Shown in pieces: positions 1 through 10,707 of a stretch of 64,000 bases of DNA (positions within the stretch are counted from its first letter, which is position 1; each line of letters begins with the position of its first letter). The notes beneath the pieces were generated by a model that was not told the DNA's origin, made no database searches, and saw nothing but the letters and a program-made list of their open reading frames with translations. A program made the position numbers and the translations under genes. Location of the stretch: the NCBI GenBank assembly GCA_963700285.1, contig CAVOXA010000009.1, positions 32,001-96,000 of the forward strand, given 5' to 3'. Origin of the DNA: an uncultured Chloroflexia bacterium (GTDB lineage: Bacteria; Chloroflexota; Anaerolineae; JAAYZQ01).

Positions 1-1157
1 GGTTCCCGCGACCGGACGGCCGAGATCGCGGGTGCTTATCCCGAGGTGCGCCTGGTACAGCACCGCACCAACCACGGCTATGGTGCGGCCCTCAAGACCG
101 GCTTTGCCCAGGCCCGCGGGACCTGGCTTGGTTTCCTGGATGCCGATGGCACCTACCCGCCCGAGGACTTTCCCGCCCTGCTGGAGGCGGCCCACAAGCA
201 GAATGCGGATCTGGTCATCGGCTCGCGCATGTCCGGCAGCGAGAGCGAAATGCCCACCAGCCGGCGTGTGGGCAACCTGTTTTTCGCCACCCTCGTCAGC
301 CTCATCGGCAACCGCCGCATCTCCGACAGCGCCAGCGGCATGCGCATCATCCGCCGCGACGTCCTGCCCAGCCTCTATCCCCTGCCCGACGGGCTGAATT
401 TTACGCCGGTGATGAGTACCCGGGCCGTCCACGAGCAGCTCAAGATGGTCGAGGTGCCCATCCCCTATGCCGAGCGTGTCGGGCGCTCCAAGCTGACCAT
501 CGTCGGAGATGGCACCCGCTTCCTGCAGTCCATCGTTTGGACGGCCCTCAACTACAACCCGGTGCGCATCCTGGGCGCCGTTGGCCTGGCCTGCCTGGCG
601 CTGGCCGCCCTGATCGGCCTGGGGCTGCTGCTGGCCCGGTTGCAGGGCATCACCGAATTGGGTGCATGGGGTGTTTTTTCCCTGTTCGCCGCCCAGGTGC
701 TCTCCGTGGCCGGGGTCAGCATCTTTGCCCTGGGCGCGACCTTTAACTATCTGGTCTCCCTGTTTCACCGGGAGCCCGTCCGCCAGGGCCTCTTTGGCAA
801 CGGCCCCTGGGGCCGCCCCATCTTTGACCCACCCCTGGACCGCCATTTCGGCTCGCTGGGGCTGCTGGCGCTCGCTGGGCGGCCTGTTGCTGGGCGCCGC
901 CAGCCTGGGCTTTGGCCTGTCGGGCTGGCCCGTGAGCCGCCTGTGGCTCTACCTCCTGGCCAGCGCCATGCTGATCCTCGTCGGCCTGCAGCTTGATCAT
1001 CTCCTGGATCGTGATGCGCGTTCTGGAAGGCCTGAACCAGCGCGAGCAGTTGGTGTCTGCGGACCTCGGCGGCCGTGTATTGGAGCGGTCTGAGAAAGAT
1101 CCTGGCCCTGGGGGTGCCGATCACCCTTTGGCGGACAGGGGAGGCCCGGCGGAGTGA
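1..1157 (+). CDS. Glycosyltransferase family 2 (polyprenol-phosphate mannose synthase-like) with C-terminal TM helices; 5' end outside the window; two apparent frameshifts near 880 and 995
   Basis: [21 protein letters not shown] (DxD), [15 protein letters not shown] and [15 protein letters not shown] motifs; the hydrophobic C-terminus continues in shifted frames to TGA at 1155-1157. Confidence 0.8.
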
Positions 1158-1179
1158 GCCAGCCATCCAATACGCTCCC

Positions 1180-2376
1180 GTGAGCCGGAAGGGATTCGCC
1201 TGCTGGTCCTTGGTCGTGGCGCTGGTCCTGCTGATTGTTGGGGCAGGCCTGGCGCTGTCGGGGCCAGTCAGGCTTGGTCTGGGCAGCGGTTCCGCCCCCC
1301 AAACTGACTCGGCTCAGCCAGCTCTGGTTCCGCCGCCCACGGCAACCGAGCCGATCCTGCCCCCACCGCCAACGCAAACCATTCAGCCTGAGGCAACTGT
1401 TTCGTCATTGACTCGCTCTTCAGCCATGCCGCCGCCCCCAGAGGACGGGCTGTACAGCCAGCGGGAGCGACTCGGTCTCTGCGGGGGTCAGTATCTGGAC
1501 CAGGACCTGGCCGGGCGATTGGGCGCTGGTTGGTATCTCGACTGGCGGGCCTCGCCGGAAGCAGTCCGCTCGGCAGCGGTTCGCTTGGAAGCGGTGGAAT
1601 ATGTGCCCATGATCCGGCTAAAAGGCGGGCAGCCCAGCCCCAGCGGCGAACACCTGCTGGCTGCTGTGGACGCCATGCCCGGCGCGCTGTGGCTCATCGG
1701 CAATGAGCCAGACGTCGAGTGGCAGGATAATATCCCTCCGGAACTTTACGCGCAGCTCTACCACGACCTGTATGCGCTGCTCAAGGAGCGCGATCCTACA
1801 TGCCAGGTAGCCATTGGTGGCGTCTCGCAACCGACGCCGCTCCGGCTGCGCTACCTGGACCGGATCCTGCAGGAACACAGGAACCGCTATGGTGAGCCCA
1901 TGCCGGTGGACTTCTGGAATGTGCACAACTTTGTCCTTCGCGAGCAGAGGGATAGCTGGGGTGTAGGCATTCCGCCTGGCCTGGCCGATGACTCGGGCCG
2001 GTTACGCGAGATTTCCGATCACGCCGACCTCGGTATCTTCCGGCAGCAGATCGTTGACTTTCGGCGCTGGATGGCGGAACGAGGCCAGCGGGACAAACCC
2101 CTGCTTATCACCGAATACGGCATCTTGATGCCGGCTGACTATGGCTTCCCGCCCGACAAGGTCGAAGGGTTTATGCTGGATACCTTTGAGTTTTTGCGCA
2201 CAGCAACAGATCCAGCCCTGGGCTACCCGGCTGACGGCGACCGGCTGGTGCAGCGCTGGTGCTGGTACAGCCTGTGGGACCTGCGTTATCCCACCGGCAA
2301 TCTACTACAGCCCGGGGGCGAGGAACTCACGCCGCTGGGTGAGGTATTTGGCGAATATGCCCATTCGCTCCCCTAA
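1180..2376 (+). CDS. Membrane-anchored/secreted clan GH-A glycoside hydrolase
   Basis: N-terminal TM segment, Pro/Thr linker, WLIGNEPD (acid/base) and LLITEYG (nucleophile); GTG start at 1180 inferred. Confidence 0.7.
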   Translation: MSRKGFACWSLVVALVLLIVGAGLALSGPVRLGLGSGSAPQTDSAQPALVPPPTATEPILPPPPTQTIQPEATVSSLTRSSAMPPPPEDGLYSQRERLGLCGGQYLDQDLAGRLGAGWYLDWRASPEAVRSAAVRLEAVEYVPMIRLKGGQPSPSGEHLLAAVDAMPGALWLIGNEPDVEWQDNIPPELYAQLYHDLYALLKERDPTCQVAIGGVSQPTPLRLRYLDRILQEHRNRYGEPMPVDFWNVHNFVLREQRDSWGVGIPPGLADDSGRLREISDHADLGIFRQQIVDFRRWMAERGQRDKPLLITEYGILMPADYGFPPDKVEGFMLDTFEFLRTATDPALGYPADGDRLVQRWCWYSLWDLRYPTGNLLQPGGEELTPLGEVFGEYAHSLP

Positions 2377-2488
2377 CCCCGCGGCCGGTTGGACAGTACC
2401 CGCTGGGCCGATCCGGTTCATCCACAATGGAAAGAAGGAGATCATGCTGCAAGGGAATAGAGGCCAGATCCAGAAACATAGGTTGTAG

Positions 2489-2999
2489 GTGCTCACAGGG
2501 ATGGCGCTGATGGTCATGCTGGCGCTGGTTGTGCCCACCGCCGGTGGGCCGCCTACCCTGCGCCCCCCGGAGGTAGTTAAAGAAGGCCAGCGAAAAGACC
2601 ATGGCCGTTGGCCAGCAGGTCAGATTCAGCGTCGTCGTCCTCAACCCCGACGAGTCGAATCAGGCCGAGTGGCGCGACGTGACAATCACGGACGAGATTG
2701 ACCCCGCCTTCCGCATTGACAGCGTGAGTGTCGATCCGCAGGCCAGCGATGTCCGTACGGACGGTAACAGGGTCGTCGTCGAATACGGAAACCTGGCGCC
2801 GGGCGAGGGCTTTGAGGTCGTCATCCGCTGCACGCTGGTGGGTCCCGCCCAGCCCGGCGATGAGCTCGTCAATCGGGCCAAACTGACCTTCAAGGACGAG
2901 GCCGGTGATCCTCCTAAAGACCCTTCACAAGATAGACATGGGTCTTTCCCTGCTCCAGCCAGGCCTGCGCTGAGCTCAGTCGAAGCATCCGTGATCTAG
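2489..2999 (+). CDS. DUF11-like Ig-fold secreted protein, frameshifted and apparently truncated
   Basis: Signal-like N-terminus, then VGQQVRFSVVVLNP...VTITDEID...GNLAPGE...LVNRA pattern; the 3' end runs into a repeat-like sequence. Confidence 0.5.
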
Positions 3000-3223
3000 C
3001 GATTTCTGCTCGTTTCAGCGCCTGGCATCGGGTCACGGACCCGATGCCAGCGACCAATATGCTCACCGCCGTGGTCTGAAATAACACCAAGATCCTGGCA
3101 GGCTTGGCCGCTCATCGTGCAGTAGGCACTTTTTCCATGAGCGGCTTTGACTTTTGCTCGAGAAGCAAGTACAATTGCGGTTCCGAACGGAGAGGCCGCT
3201 TTGACACTGAAAGGATCTAACCC

Positions 3224-3787
3224 ATGGCCCGAATTTTGGCAAGCACCCGCTATCTGATCATCCTACCCGTCCTCGGCCTACTCGTTGCCGCTGCCCTCTT
3301 TTTCGTTCTGGGCGGCATTGGCCTGTTTCGACAGTTGATAGAGCTCACGATTTCCGCACTGGAAGTCGTTTCAGGCCAAAGCGAGGCGATGGATAGAGGC
3401 GAGGTCATCTTTGAGGTGGTCGAGTTCGTGCACCTATTCCTGGTGGGCACGGTGCTCTTTATCACGGCCGCCGGCCTCTACCAGCTCTTTATCAAGGAGA
3501 TCAATTTCCCCAGATGGCTCAGGATCGAAAGCACGGAAGAGCTGGAAACGAACCTCATCGGTGTGACCGTCGTCGTTCTGGCCGTCAACTTTATGGGCGC
3601 CGTCTTTGTCGGGGAGACGGAACGCCTGCTGGAGTACGGCGCCGGCATCGCCCTGCCCATCGCCGCCCTGGGGCTCTTTGTCGGCCTGCGCGCCTGGTCG
3701 GTCAAGATCGGCAAAGAGACCCTAGAGGAAGAAGCGAGCTGGGAGGCGGCTACGGGCAGGCAGGACACCAAGTCGAGCGAGGAATAG
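3224..3787 (+). CDS. YqhA/UPF0114 family membrane protein
   Basis: Four TM segments; FLVGTVLFI..GLYQLFI and PRWLRIES..ELE motifs. Confidence 0.75.
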   Translation: MARILASTRYLIILPVLGLLVAAALFFVLGGIGLFRQLIELTISALEVVSGQSEAMDRGEVIFEVVEFVHLFLVGTVLFITAAGLYQLFIKEINFPRWLRIESTEELETNLIGVTVVVLAVNFMGAVFVGETERLLEYGAGIALPIAALGLFVGLRAWSVKIGKETLEEEASWEAATGRQDTKSSEE

Positions 3788-3819
3788 GCCAGGACAAAGG
3801 ACTGGAGACAGCGAACCAC

Positions 3820-4689
3820 ATGGCTCGAATCAAGACCAAAGCGCTCCCTCAACGCGACAAGGACAACGGCATCCGTGAGCTTTTTATCCTGGCGCTCACC
3901 GTGTTGTCTCTGTCGATGGTGACCGCCTACTACCTGCTGCCGCTCACAGATGCAACCAAACAGACCCTGCTCTGGCTCGATGTGCCCATCAGCCTCATCT
4001 TCCTGGTCGACGCTTTCGGCTGCCTGCGCCGCGCACCCAGCAAACGGGCCTACCTGAAGTGGGGCTGGCTGGACTTTCTGGGCAGCGTGCCGCTGATCCT
4101 TCCCCTCCGTTTGGCGCGCCTGCGACGCACGGTCCAGATTTGGCACACCCTGCGTATACGGCGGCTGAGCCAGGTGGGCGAGGACCTGGATCAGAACCGG
4201 GCCCAGGCTGCTGCCCTGATCACCGTGCTGCTGGCCCTCGTGGTCATGACGACGGCGACCGTTGCCGTGCTCGAGTTCGAGAGCGAGGTACCAGGGGCCA
4301 ACATCCGCTCGGGACAGGACGCCCTCTGGTGGTCGCTCGTAACCATGGCCACCATCGGCTATGGCGATTACTTTCCCATCACAACCGGGGGCCGGTTCGC
4401 GGCCGCAGCGCTGATGACGGTGGGCGTTGGCATCTTTGGCGTGCTGGCCAGTTTCCTGGCCAACCTCTTCTTGCCCAGGGCCTCTGATGATGGCGGAGAC
4501 CCGGACGAAACCGGGGGCCCGGACGAAACCGGGAGCCCGGATCTGGCCGGCATCCAGGCCGAGCTGGCCGCGGTGAACGCGCGACTGGACGCCATCCAGG
4601 CCCTGCTCGACCAGGGCCTCCCTCCCGGCCAATCAGGCCAGGCCTCGAGCGGCACCAACCCTCACCCGGATACCGCCCAGCAAGACTGA
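3820..4689 (+). CDS. Potassium channel family ion transporter (6TM)
   Basis: S4-like LRLARLRR, DALWWSLVTMATIGYGD selectivity filter, GRFAAAALM. Confidence 0.9.
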   Translation: MARIKTKALPQRDKDNGIRELFILALTVLSLSMVTAYYLLPLTDATKQTLLWLDVPISLIFLVDAFGCLRRAPSKRAYLKWGWLDFLGSVPLILPLRLARLRRTVQIWHTLRIRRLSQVGEDLDQNRAQAAALITVLLALVVMTTATVAVLEFESEVPGANIRSGQDALWWSLVTMATIGYGDYFPITTGGRFAAAALMTVGVGIFGVLASFLANLFLPRASDDGGDPDETGGPDETGSPDLAGIQAELAAVNARLDAIQALLDQGLPPGQSGQASSGTNPHPDTAQQD

Positions 4690-4722
4690 GCTATCAAGTT
4701 GTTGGTATCGGCAGCAAGGGTA

Positions 4723-4796
4723 CAACGGATGGGCAGGCTTCAACGGATCGGTCGCCTCTGATCAGTAAATCCTGCCGATCCGCTTTCCGATCCCCA
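4723..4796. repeat. Dispersed ~75-bp repeat, copy 1 (ACGGAT...ATCCG type)
   Basis: Closely similar to 8950-9024 in direct orientation. Confidence 0.7.
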
Positions 4797-5031
4797 AAGC
4801 CTCTGGCCAATTCTCTACCGGTAGTGCATTGTTTTCGGCCTGCACTGCCAGGGAACACTACGGCTGTTGCATTGTCGGAGACAAACCTCCCACAGGTTTG
4901 TCCGCTGAGCAGATACCAGCGGAAGTGGCCTGGGTTCACCCGTGCGCAGGCGCCTGAAGAAGCGAAAACCTGCGGGAGGTTGACCTGGTCAAAGGGCTTT
5001 GCAGCAGTCCTGCAGGGAACACGACGCGAGT

Positions 5032-5060
5032 TTGACTCTTGGGTCCTGCCAGTCTATAAT
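5032..5060 (+). promoter_or_regulatory. Sigma70-type promoter of the large surface-protein gene
   Basis: TTGACT-17 bp-TATAAT. Confidence 0.6.
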
Positions 5061-5335
5061 AGCCTTGACAAGCCCGAGGCAAATCGAATAACCCGTTGCT
5101 CCTGGAACCACCAGAGTGGGTGAGCAGGCAACGGCAGGATTCCACAGGAAGGGAAGGGAGACCGTGGACCAAAAGTCTCCTGGCTGGCATGATTACTGCC
5201 CCTCGCCTGCGTCTGGATTCCCCGCTTGCTACAGCTCAACCACGGCAGTCTTCGAATAGATACCCCCACAAGCCCAACCCGCGATCCGAGTGCGCAGGCG
5301 GCGTGTCCTGCCCAATTATCAAGGGAGGAGAAAAC

Positions 5336-8300
5336 ATGAAACGGTCACGGTTCGCAGGAATTGCAGTCCAACTTTTGCTGTTGGGGATGCTGCTCGTAGC
5401 CATCAACACGGCGGCAAGTCTGGCCCAGGAACCTGTCCCGCCGCAACCTGAGGAGAGCGCTGCCTCGTCGTTCCAACCCCATGTTCCCCGCCGGCCGGCC
5501 AAATGGGACAACCTGGGCCTAAAGCTGGCCGATGGCCACATCACCGACCCCCTGGCCAATGGCCGCAGAGAATTCGACTGGGACAAGATCGCCTTGCTCT
5601 GGCAAAATGAGTCGGACTGGAACCTCACGGCCAAAACCTACGACGTCAACGCCAAGCTCGAGGCTCCCATCGCCAAAGACAGGCGCACGGTCACGAGGAT
5701 AGACCTGGCGGGCAACATGGACATGGCCGCCGGCCATCTGGGCGCCAAACCCGGATGGATCCAGACCGTGGCCGCGTACCAAAGCGCCCAGAACCATATA
5801 TTCATGATGCTTCAGCATATGGACGCCGATCTCAAGATCGACTGGATCGAGCCCTTTGACACCGGGGAAAAGGTCGCAGGCGAGTACACCGAAGGAATCT
5901 ACCAGTATGGGGCCCAGATCCGCCTGGCCACCGGCGACTTTGACGCCGATGGCCTCGACGAGGTCGTCATGGCCTGGGAGGCCTATGGACCGCGTCTGTA
6001 TCTCAAGGTCTACGATACAGGCGCTGGCTGGACGCTCATACCCAAAGGCAAGATCAGTGATGAATACCTCTATGGGGCCAAGTTCCTCGATATGGCCACC
6101 GGCGATTTTGACGGCGATGGCAAGGATGAGATAGCCATTGCCTTTGATGGCTATACCGAGCTGACCGTCAAGGTCTACGACGTGGACGGAAACGGCAATC
6201 TGGTGGCCAAGGCCAAGCTGGGGAACCAGGGGACGTGGCCGGGCCAGATCTCCGTCGCCACGGGTGATATCAGCGGCAACGGCGTCGACGAGATCGTGGT
6301 CGCCTTCAATCTCGTGAATTCTGTTGAAGGGACCCAACTCAAGGTCTACGAGGTGAGCAAAGACCTCCGGACGCTCACCCTCAAAGGCAGCACCAACCAA
6401 CCCTTCACGCCTGTCACCCGCAGCAGCGTGGTTGGCGTGGGCGCTGGCGACTTTAACCTCGACGGCTTTGACGAGATCGCCCTTGCCTACCCCATGGGCC
6501 CCGACACCACCTATTATGGCCGGTGCTACGTGCAGGTCTACGCTGCCGACGTGACCACCGACACCCACCAGATCACAAAACTGCTCCCCAGGCAGAGGTT
6601 GCTTTCCGACTGGCTATATACCCATGGCGAGCTCTCACTGTCCGTGGGCGACATGAACCGCGACGCGGTCGACGAGATCGTGGCTGCTCAGGAAAAGAGG
6701 ACCCCTGCGACGACCAGCGACATCGCGGTGGGGATCTTTTCTGTCGGCCCCCAGCTCGACTATGTCAAGCAGGAAGGCCTCACCAAGACCGGGGAGCATG
6801 TATACACGACCGCATCCAGCAACGGCCATGTGGCCATGGCCATTGGCGGCTACGACGGCAACAACGTCTACGTCGGTCAGGGCAAGTACTGGCCCCTTGA
6901 AAAGACCTTGCAGAACCTCGCCACCATCAACGCCCCGCCCAAACACAGAGACACGGTAGGCGGCGATACCGTCGACGTCAACGTCACCGATCGATGCCAT
7001 CCCCCCGTCGGCCCACCCTGCACCTATGCCAAGTACGAGAATGAGCAAAAGACCAGCACCACGATGAGCCTGGAGACCCACGCCGACTGGGCCGTTTCCA
7101 TCGAAGTCAAGCGCGACTTCAAGTTCGTCTCGGCCAGCATGGAAGCTTCCTACAGCGGCAGCTTTGAGGAGGAAAGCAGCAGGTACAAGTCCATCGAATT
7201 CGGATACGACGTTGAGGCCGACCACGACGACGCCGTCATCCGTATCGCCCAAGGCCTGCACGTCTGGGAGTACCCGGTCTACGCCCCAGACGCCGGCCAC
7301 CAGAATGGCCACATCCTGGTCGTCTTCCCCATGCAGGTCATCCCCGAATGTGTAAAGGACTGTGAGGTCGCCACCACAGCCTTTATCTCCGGCAAGGCCG
7401 TGACCTCTGGCTACCGGCCCAACCACGAGTTTGGCAACGCCATGTCCTATTCGAATCAGGTTCCCACCGACGTCAAAACATCGATAAAGTCCGGCGCCGC
7501 ATTCATGCTCGGTGCCAATCCCTACCAGATGTGGGTCAAGTGGGATGATATCAAAGAGAGCCAGACCAAGATAAGCAACGAGATGGACCTCCAAGAGTCG
7601 CTGAAAGCGACGATCAAAGGAGTAACCCTGCAGCAAAAAGGCAAGTACGGCGCGGGCGAAGTGACGGTGAACAAGGCCAGCTTTGAGACCAGCACCTCCA
7701 TCCACCTCTACCTTGACGAAATCGAACAGCAGTACGCCTATGAGGTGCGCCCTATCCTCTACTGGGCCAAGCCGGATGGCCGCCTGGTGCTGGACTATGC
7801 CGTGCTGCCAGGAGCGACCGTCAAACCCCAGCCTCCCACCTGGTGGCAGAAGGAATACGGCGTCGATCCTGATCCAGCCTTTAACCTGCCCTGGAAGGAC
7901 GGCGAGGAGGGGCCAGAGTGGGTGCTGGTGAGCAGAGAGATCGACCTCGACCCCCTCTCGCCCACGGCCGGAGACCAGGTGACCATCACCGCCAAGGTGC
8001 GCAACTACAGCCTGGTGGGGGTCGACAACGTGCCCGTACGCTTCTATGCCGGCGACCCGGACAAAGGGGGACAGGTGATCGGCAACGAGACCGTTGACCT
8101 CAGCCCCATGTTATCCGACGAAGCGGTGCTGCACTTTGACACCACCGGCTACGCCGGTCAGACGCTGGACATCTTTTGCGTGATCGACCCCAAGGGCACC
8201 ATACAGGAGGTGCACGAGGACAACAACAAGGCCTATGCGCGGCTGCCGGTGGTACCGCCCGGCGACGCAACTTCGCCTGCGAGCTTGTCCATCTCCCCCG

Positions 8301-8650
8301 ACAGCATCACCTTCGATCCCGAGCTGCCGGCCGCCGGCGAGGCGGTCCAGATCTCGGCCACCATCCGCGCCAGCGGCGACACCTTCACCCACGTCGCCGT
8401 CGAGTTCTGGGACGGCGACCCGGCGGCCGGCGGCCGGTATATTGGCGGGCGAATGATCCCCATGATCCTGGCCGGACAGAGCAGCACAACCAGTGTCCGT
8501 TGGGATACATCCGGCCTGCGAGGCCAGCGCGACATCTGGGTCGTGGTCCACCAGCACCCCGACGAGGATACTGCCATGGACAACCGGGCCCGCAGGGCCC
8601 TGAACCTGGAACCGCACCGGCTGTACCTGCCGGCGGTGTGGAAGAACTAG
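5336..8650 (+). CDS. Large secreted protein: FG-GAP/VCBS repeats, central beta-rich domain, two CARDB Ig-like domains, LYLPAVWKN tail
   Basis: GGAGGAG RBS and signal peptide; at least 5 ATGDFDxDGxDE-type repeats; CARDB motifs (VIDP...EVHEDNN). Confidence 0.8.
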   Translation: MKRSRFAGIAVQLLLLGMLLVAINTAASLAQEPVPPQPEESAASSFQPHVPRRPAKWDNLGLKLADGHITDPLANGRREFDWDKIALLWQNESDWNLTAKTYDVNAKLEAPIAKDRRTVTRIDLAGNMDMAAGHLGAKPGWIQTVAAYQSAQNHIFMMLQHMDADLKIDWIEPFDTGEKVAGEYTEGIYQYGAQIRLATGDFDADGLDEVVMAWEAYGPRLYLKVYDTGAGWTLIPKGKISDEYLYGAKFLDMATGDFDGDGKDEIAIAFDGYTELTVKVYDVDGNGNLVAKAKLGNQGTWPGQISVATGDISGNGVDEIVVAFNLVNSVEGTQLKVYEVSKDLRTLTLKGSTNQPFTPVTRSSVVGVGAGDFNLDGFDEIALAYPMGPDTTYYGRCYVQVYAADVTTDTHQITKLLPRQRLLSDWLYTHGELSLSVGDMNRDAVDEIVAAQEKRTPATTSDIAVGIFSVGPQLDYVKQEGLTKTGEHVYTTASSNGHVAMAIGGYDGNNVYVGQGKYWPLEKTLQNLATINAPPKHRDTVGGDTVDVNVTDRCHPPVGPPCTYAKYENEQKTSTTMSLETHADWAVSIEVKRDFKFVSASMEASYSGSFEEESSRYKSIEFGYDVEADHDDAVIRIAQGLHVWEYPVYAPDAGHQNGHILVVFPMQVIPECVKDCEVATTAFISGKAVTSGYRPNHEFGNAMSYSNQVPTDVKTSIKSGAAFMLGANPYQMWVKWDDIKESQTKISNEMDLQESLKATIKGVTLQQKGKYGAGEVTVNKASFETSTSIHLYLDEIEQQYAYEVRPILYWAKPDGRLVLDYAVLPGATVKPQPPTWWQKEYGVDPDPAFNLPWKDGEEGPEWVLVSREIDLDPLSPTAGDQVTITAKVRNYSLVGVDNVPVRFYAGDPDKGGQVIGNETVDLSPMLSDEAVLHFDTTGYAGQTLDIFCVIDPKGTIQEVHEDNNKAYARLPVVPPGDATSPASLSISPDSITFDPELPAAGEAVQISATIRASGDTFTHVAVEFWDGDPAAGGRYIGGRMIPMILAGQSSTTSVRWDTSGLRGQRDIWVVVHQHPDEDTAMDNRARRALNLEPHRLYLPAVWKN

Positions 8651-8949
8651 CGCCGGCCCTTCGCCGCCGGTCGCGAGGCGACGATCGGCAGAGTATCACT
8701 GGGCGAGGCCTGTCAGGCCTCGCCCAGTCCGATTACGCAAACTATGCGCGAAGCGGTGACTCCAATACCCTGCAAGCCACCGGCCCCCGACCTACGCGGC
8801 CAGGTGGCGGCCATCGAGCAGGCCCTGACTGGCAGCACCGGGCCCACCTGATGGGCCAAGCTCTCCCCCTCTCCCCCTCACCCCTTCTCCCCGTCATCCC
8901 CTTCACCATCCCCCCACAACCACAATGCCCCCAGTCGCCGGCAACAGGC

Positions 8950-9024
8950 CAACAGATGCCCAGGCTTCAACAGATCCGTCGCCCCTAATCCGCCAAATCC
9001 TGCCGATCCGCTGTCCTATCCCCA
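8950..9024. repeat. Dispersed ~75-bp repeat, copy 2
   Basis: Matches 4723-4796; followed by a CCGCGGAG/CACGGAG...CTCCGTG inverted cluster at ~9028-9095. Confidence 0.7.
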
Positions 9025-9360
9025 GTGAACCGCGGAGACGCGGAGGGCACGGAGAAAAGCCTGAAAAGACTCGGTATCCTCCGTGTCTCCGTGGTTATGT
9101 AGGCTAAGGGCTTGGCGTTAGAGGCCGTTGGCAACTGGGCCCCAAGGGTTTTCCGCCTGACCTTCGGTCCGTACCTTGAGGGTCTGGTTGCTGGCGACTG
9201 GTAACCAATGAGCGCTACACGCCACCCAATCCACCACCACCCGCACACCCGCCCCAACCACCCCACGGCAAACAAGAGCCCCACTTGCCACCCAAACTAT
9301 TGTGTGCTATCATAACAATGTAGTCAGGTCAACGCAGTTTGCCAGCCCAAGGAGATCAGG

Positions 9361-9948
9361 ATGCCAGCTTTGGAAGAGATCGTCAACCAGTTGGATTCGC
9401 TCGAGCCGGCCAGCCTGGCCGAGCTGGCCCGCTATATCGACTACCTAAAGTGGAAGCAGGGCCCAACTCCCAGCCAGATAGGCGGCAAGCCCTGGCATTT
9501 CGATCTCGTGGAACACTTTCGCCCCACCGCCGTGTCCTCCGAGTACGATCCGGCAGGCATGGAGGTCCGGGTAGGCGAAGCGGTCTGTGGCGGCGATTCG
9601 CGCATGGCCCTGTGGCAGCATCCCCCGGTGCGGGGTTCGGCCATCGTGGAGTACCAGGTGCCCGTGCCTGCCAACGTCCAGGGGCTGCGCCTACGATTCG
9701 CGACCGGCATCCGCGACGGTTCGGAACTGGCCGAGGGCAACGTCGTCGCCTTTCGTATCTTTGTCAACGACTGGCGCATCTGGAGCGACACCCAGCATGA
9801 CCGTATCTGGCGCTCGTACCAGGTCGAGATGCCCGCCCTGCCCGGCGATATGGCCCGCATCCAGTTCGTCACCGATGGGCTGGGCAATCACCAGTGGGCC
9901 TGGGCCGTGTGGGGCGAGCCGAGGCTGCTGGGCCAGATCGTGGGCTGA
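9361..9948 (+). CDS. Hypothetical protein with short helical N-terminus and NPCBM/galactose-binding-like beta-sandwich
   Basis: AAGGAG RBS; ALWQHP, LRFATGIRD, FRIFVN and WAVWGEPRL pattern. Confidence 0.5.
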   Translation: MPALEEIVNQLDSLEPASLAELARYIDYLKWKQGPTPSQIGGKPWHFDLVEHFRPTAVSSEYDPAGMEVRVGEAVCGGDSRMALWQHPPVRGSAIVEYQVPVPANVQGLRLRFATGIRDGSELAEGNVVAFRIFVNDWRIWSDTQHDRIWRSYQVEMPALPGDMARIQFVTDGLGNHQWAWAVWGEPRLLGQIVG

Positions 9949-10035
9949 AGTTGGGGGACAAACGCTTCGTCCCCTGAGGTATAGGATTCCGGGATACGGA
10001 ACGGGAGTGCAGGCTAGCGGCAGGAAGAGGAGCCC

Positions 10036-10566
10036 ATGGCTGAGTCGCATCCCCTGGTAGAACTGGCCCGCCGCACCATCGAGGTCTATGTAAGGAACGG
10101 GCGCCAGATCAAACCCCCGCGGGAGACGCCGCCCGAGATGCAACAGCGGGCCGGCGCCTTTGTGACCATCCACCTGCACGGCCGGCTGCGCGGCTGTATC
10201 GGCACCATCGAGCCCACCTGTGACAATCTGGCCGAAGAGGTGATCCGCAACGCCGTGGCCGCGGCCGCCCGCGACCCTCGTTTTTCGCCCATTCGACGCG
10301 ATGAACTGGCGGACCTGAGCATCAAGGTCGACGTGCTCGGCCAGCCGGAGGCCGTAACCAGCCTGGCCGATCTGGACCCGGTGCGCTACGGCCTCATCGT
10401 CCAGTCTGCCTCCCATCCCTGGAAACGCGGCCTGCTGCTCCCCGACCTGGCCGGGATCGACACTGTCGAAAAGCAGGTCCAATGGACCCGCGAGCACAAG
10501 GCCGGCATCACCGACCCCAACGAGCCCGTCGAAATGCTCCGCTTTGAGGTCCACCGCTACACCTGA
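10036..10566 (+). CDS. amrA: AMMECR1-domain protein (AmmeMemoRadiSam protein A)
   Basis: GAFVTI...LRGCIGT, DPRF, GLLLP motifs. Confidence 0.9.
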   Translation: MAESHPLVELARRTIEVYVRNGRQIKPPRETPPEMQQRAGAFVTIHLHGRLRGCIGTIEPTCDNLAEEVIRNAVAAAARDPRFSPIRRDELADLSIKVDVLGQPEAVTSLADLDPVRYGLIVQSASHPWKRGLLLPDLAGIDTVEKQVQWTREHKAGITDPNEPVEMLRFEVHRYT

Positions 10567-10707
10567 GCGCCAGATAGTGTAAGGGAGTCCAGAACTTGTT
10601 CGGGTTTCTACCACGCCCGATAACTCCCCCGAACAAGTTCGGGACTCCCTCTGACAACACGCTCACCAGACAGTCGTCCAGCACCCCCTCACCCCCTCTC
10701 CGCTCCC

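Noticed and set aside
2444-2491. In-frame TAG after a good RBS/ATG as pyrrolysine or readthrough
   Set aside because: It lies in a signal-peptide region of an already damaged gene and there are no pyl genes in view. An error or decay is more likely.
5067-5335. Known riboswitch (c-di-GMP or cobalamin) in the long leader
   Set aside because: Only short fragments (GGCAAA, GGGAAG) match, and the full consensus architecture could not be built.
8861-8915. Pyrimidine-rich CTCCCC repeats as a functional element
   Set aside because: Short, degenerate low-complexity tract with no further support.
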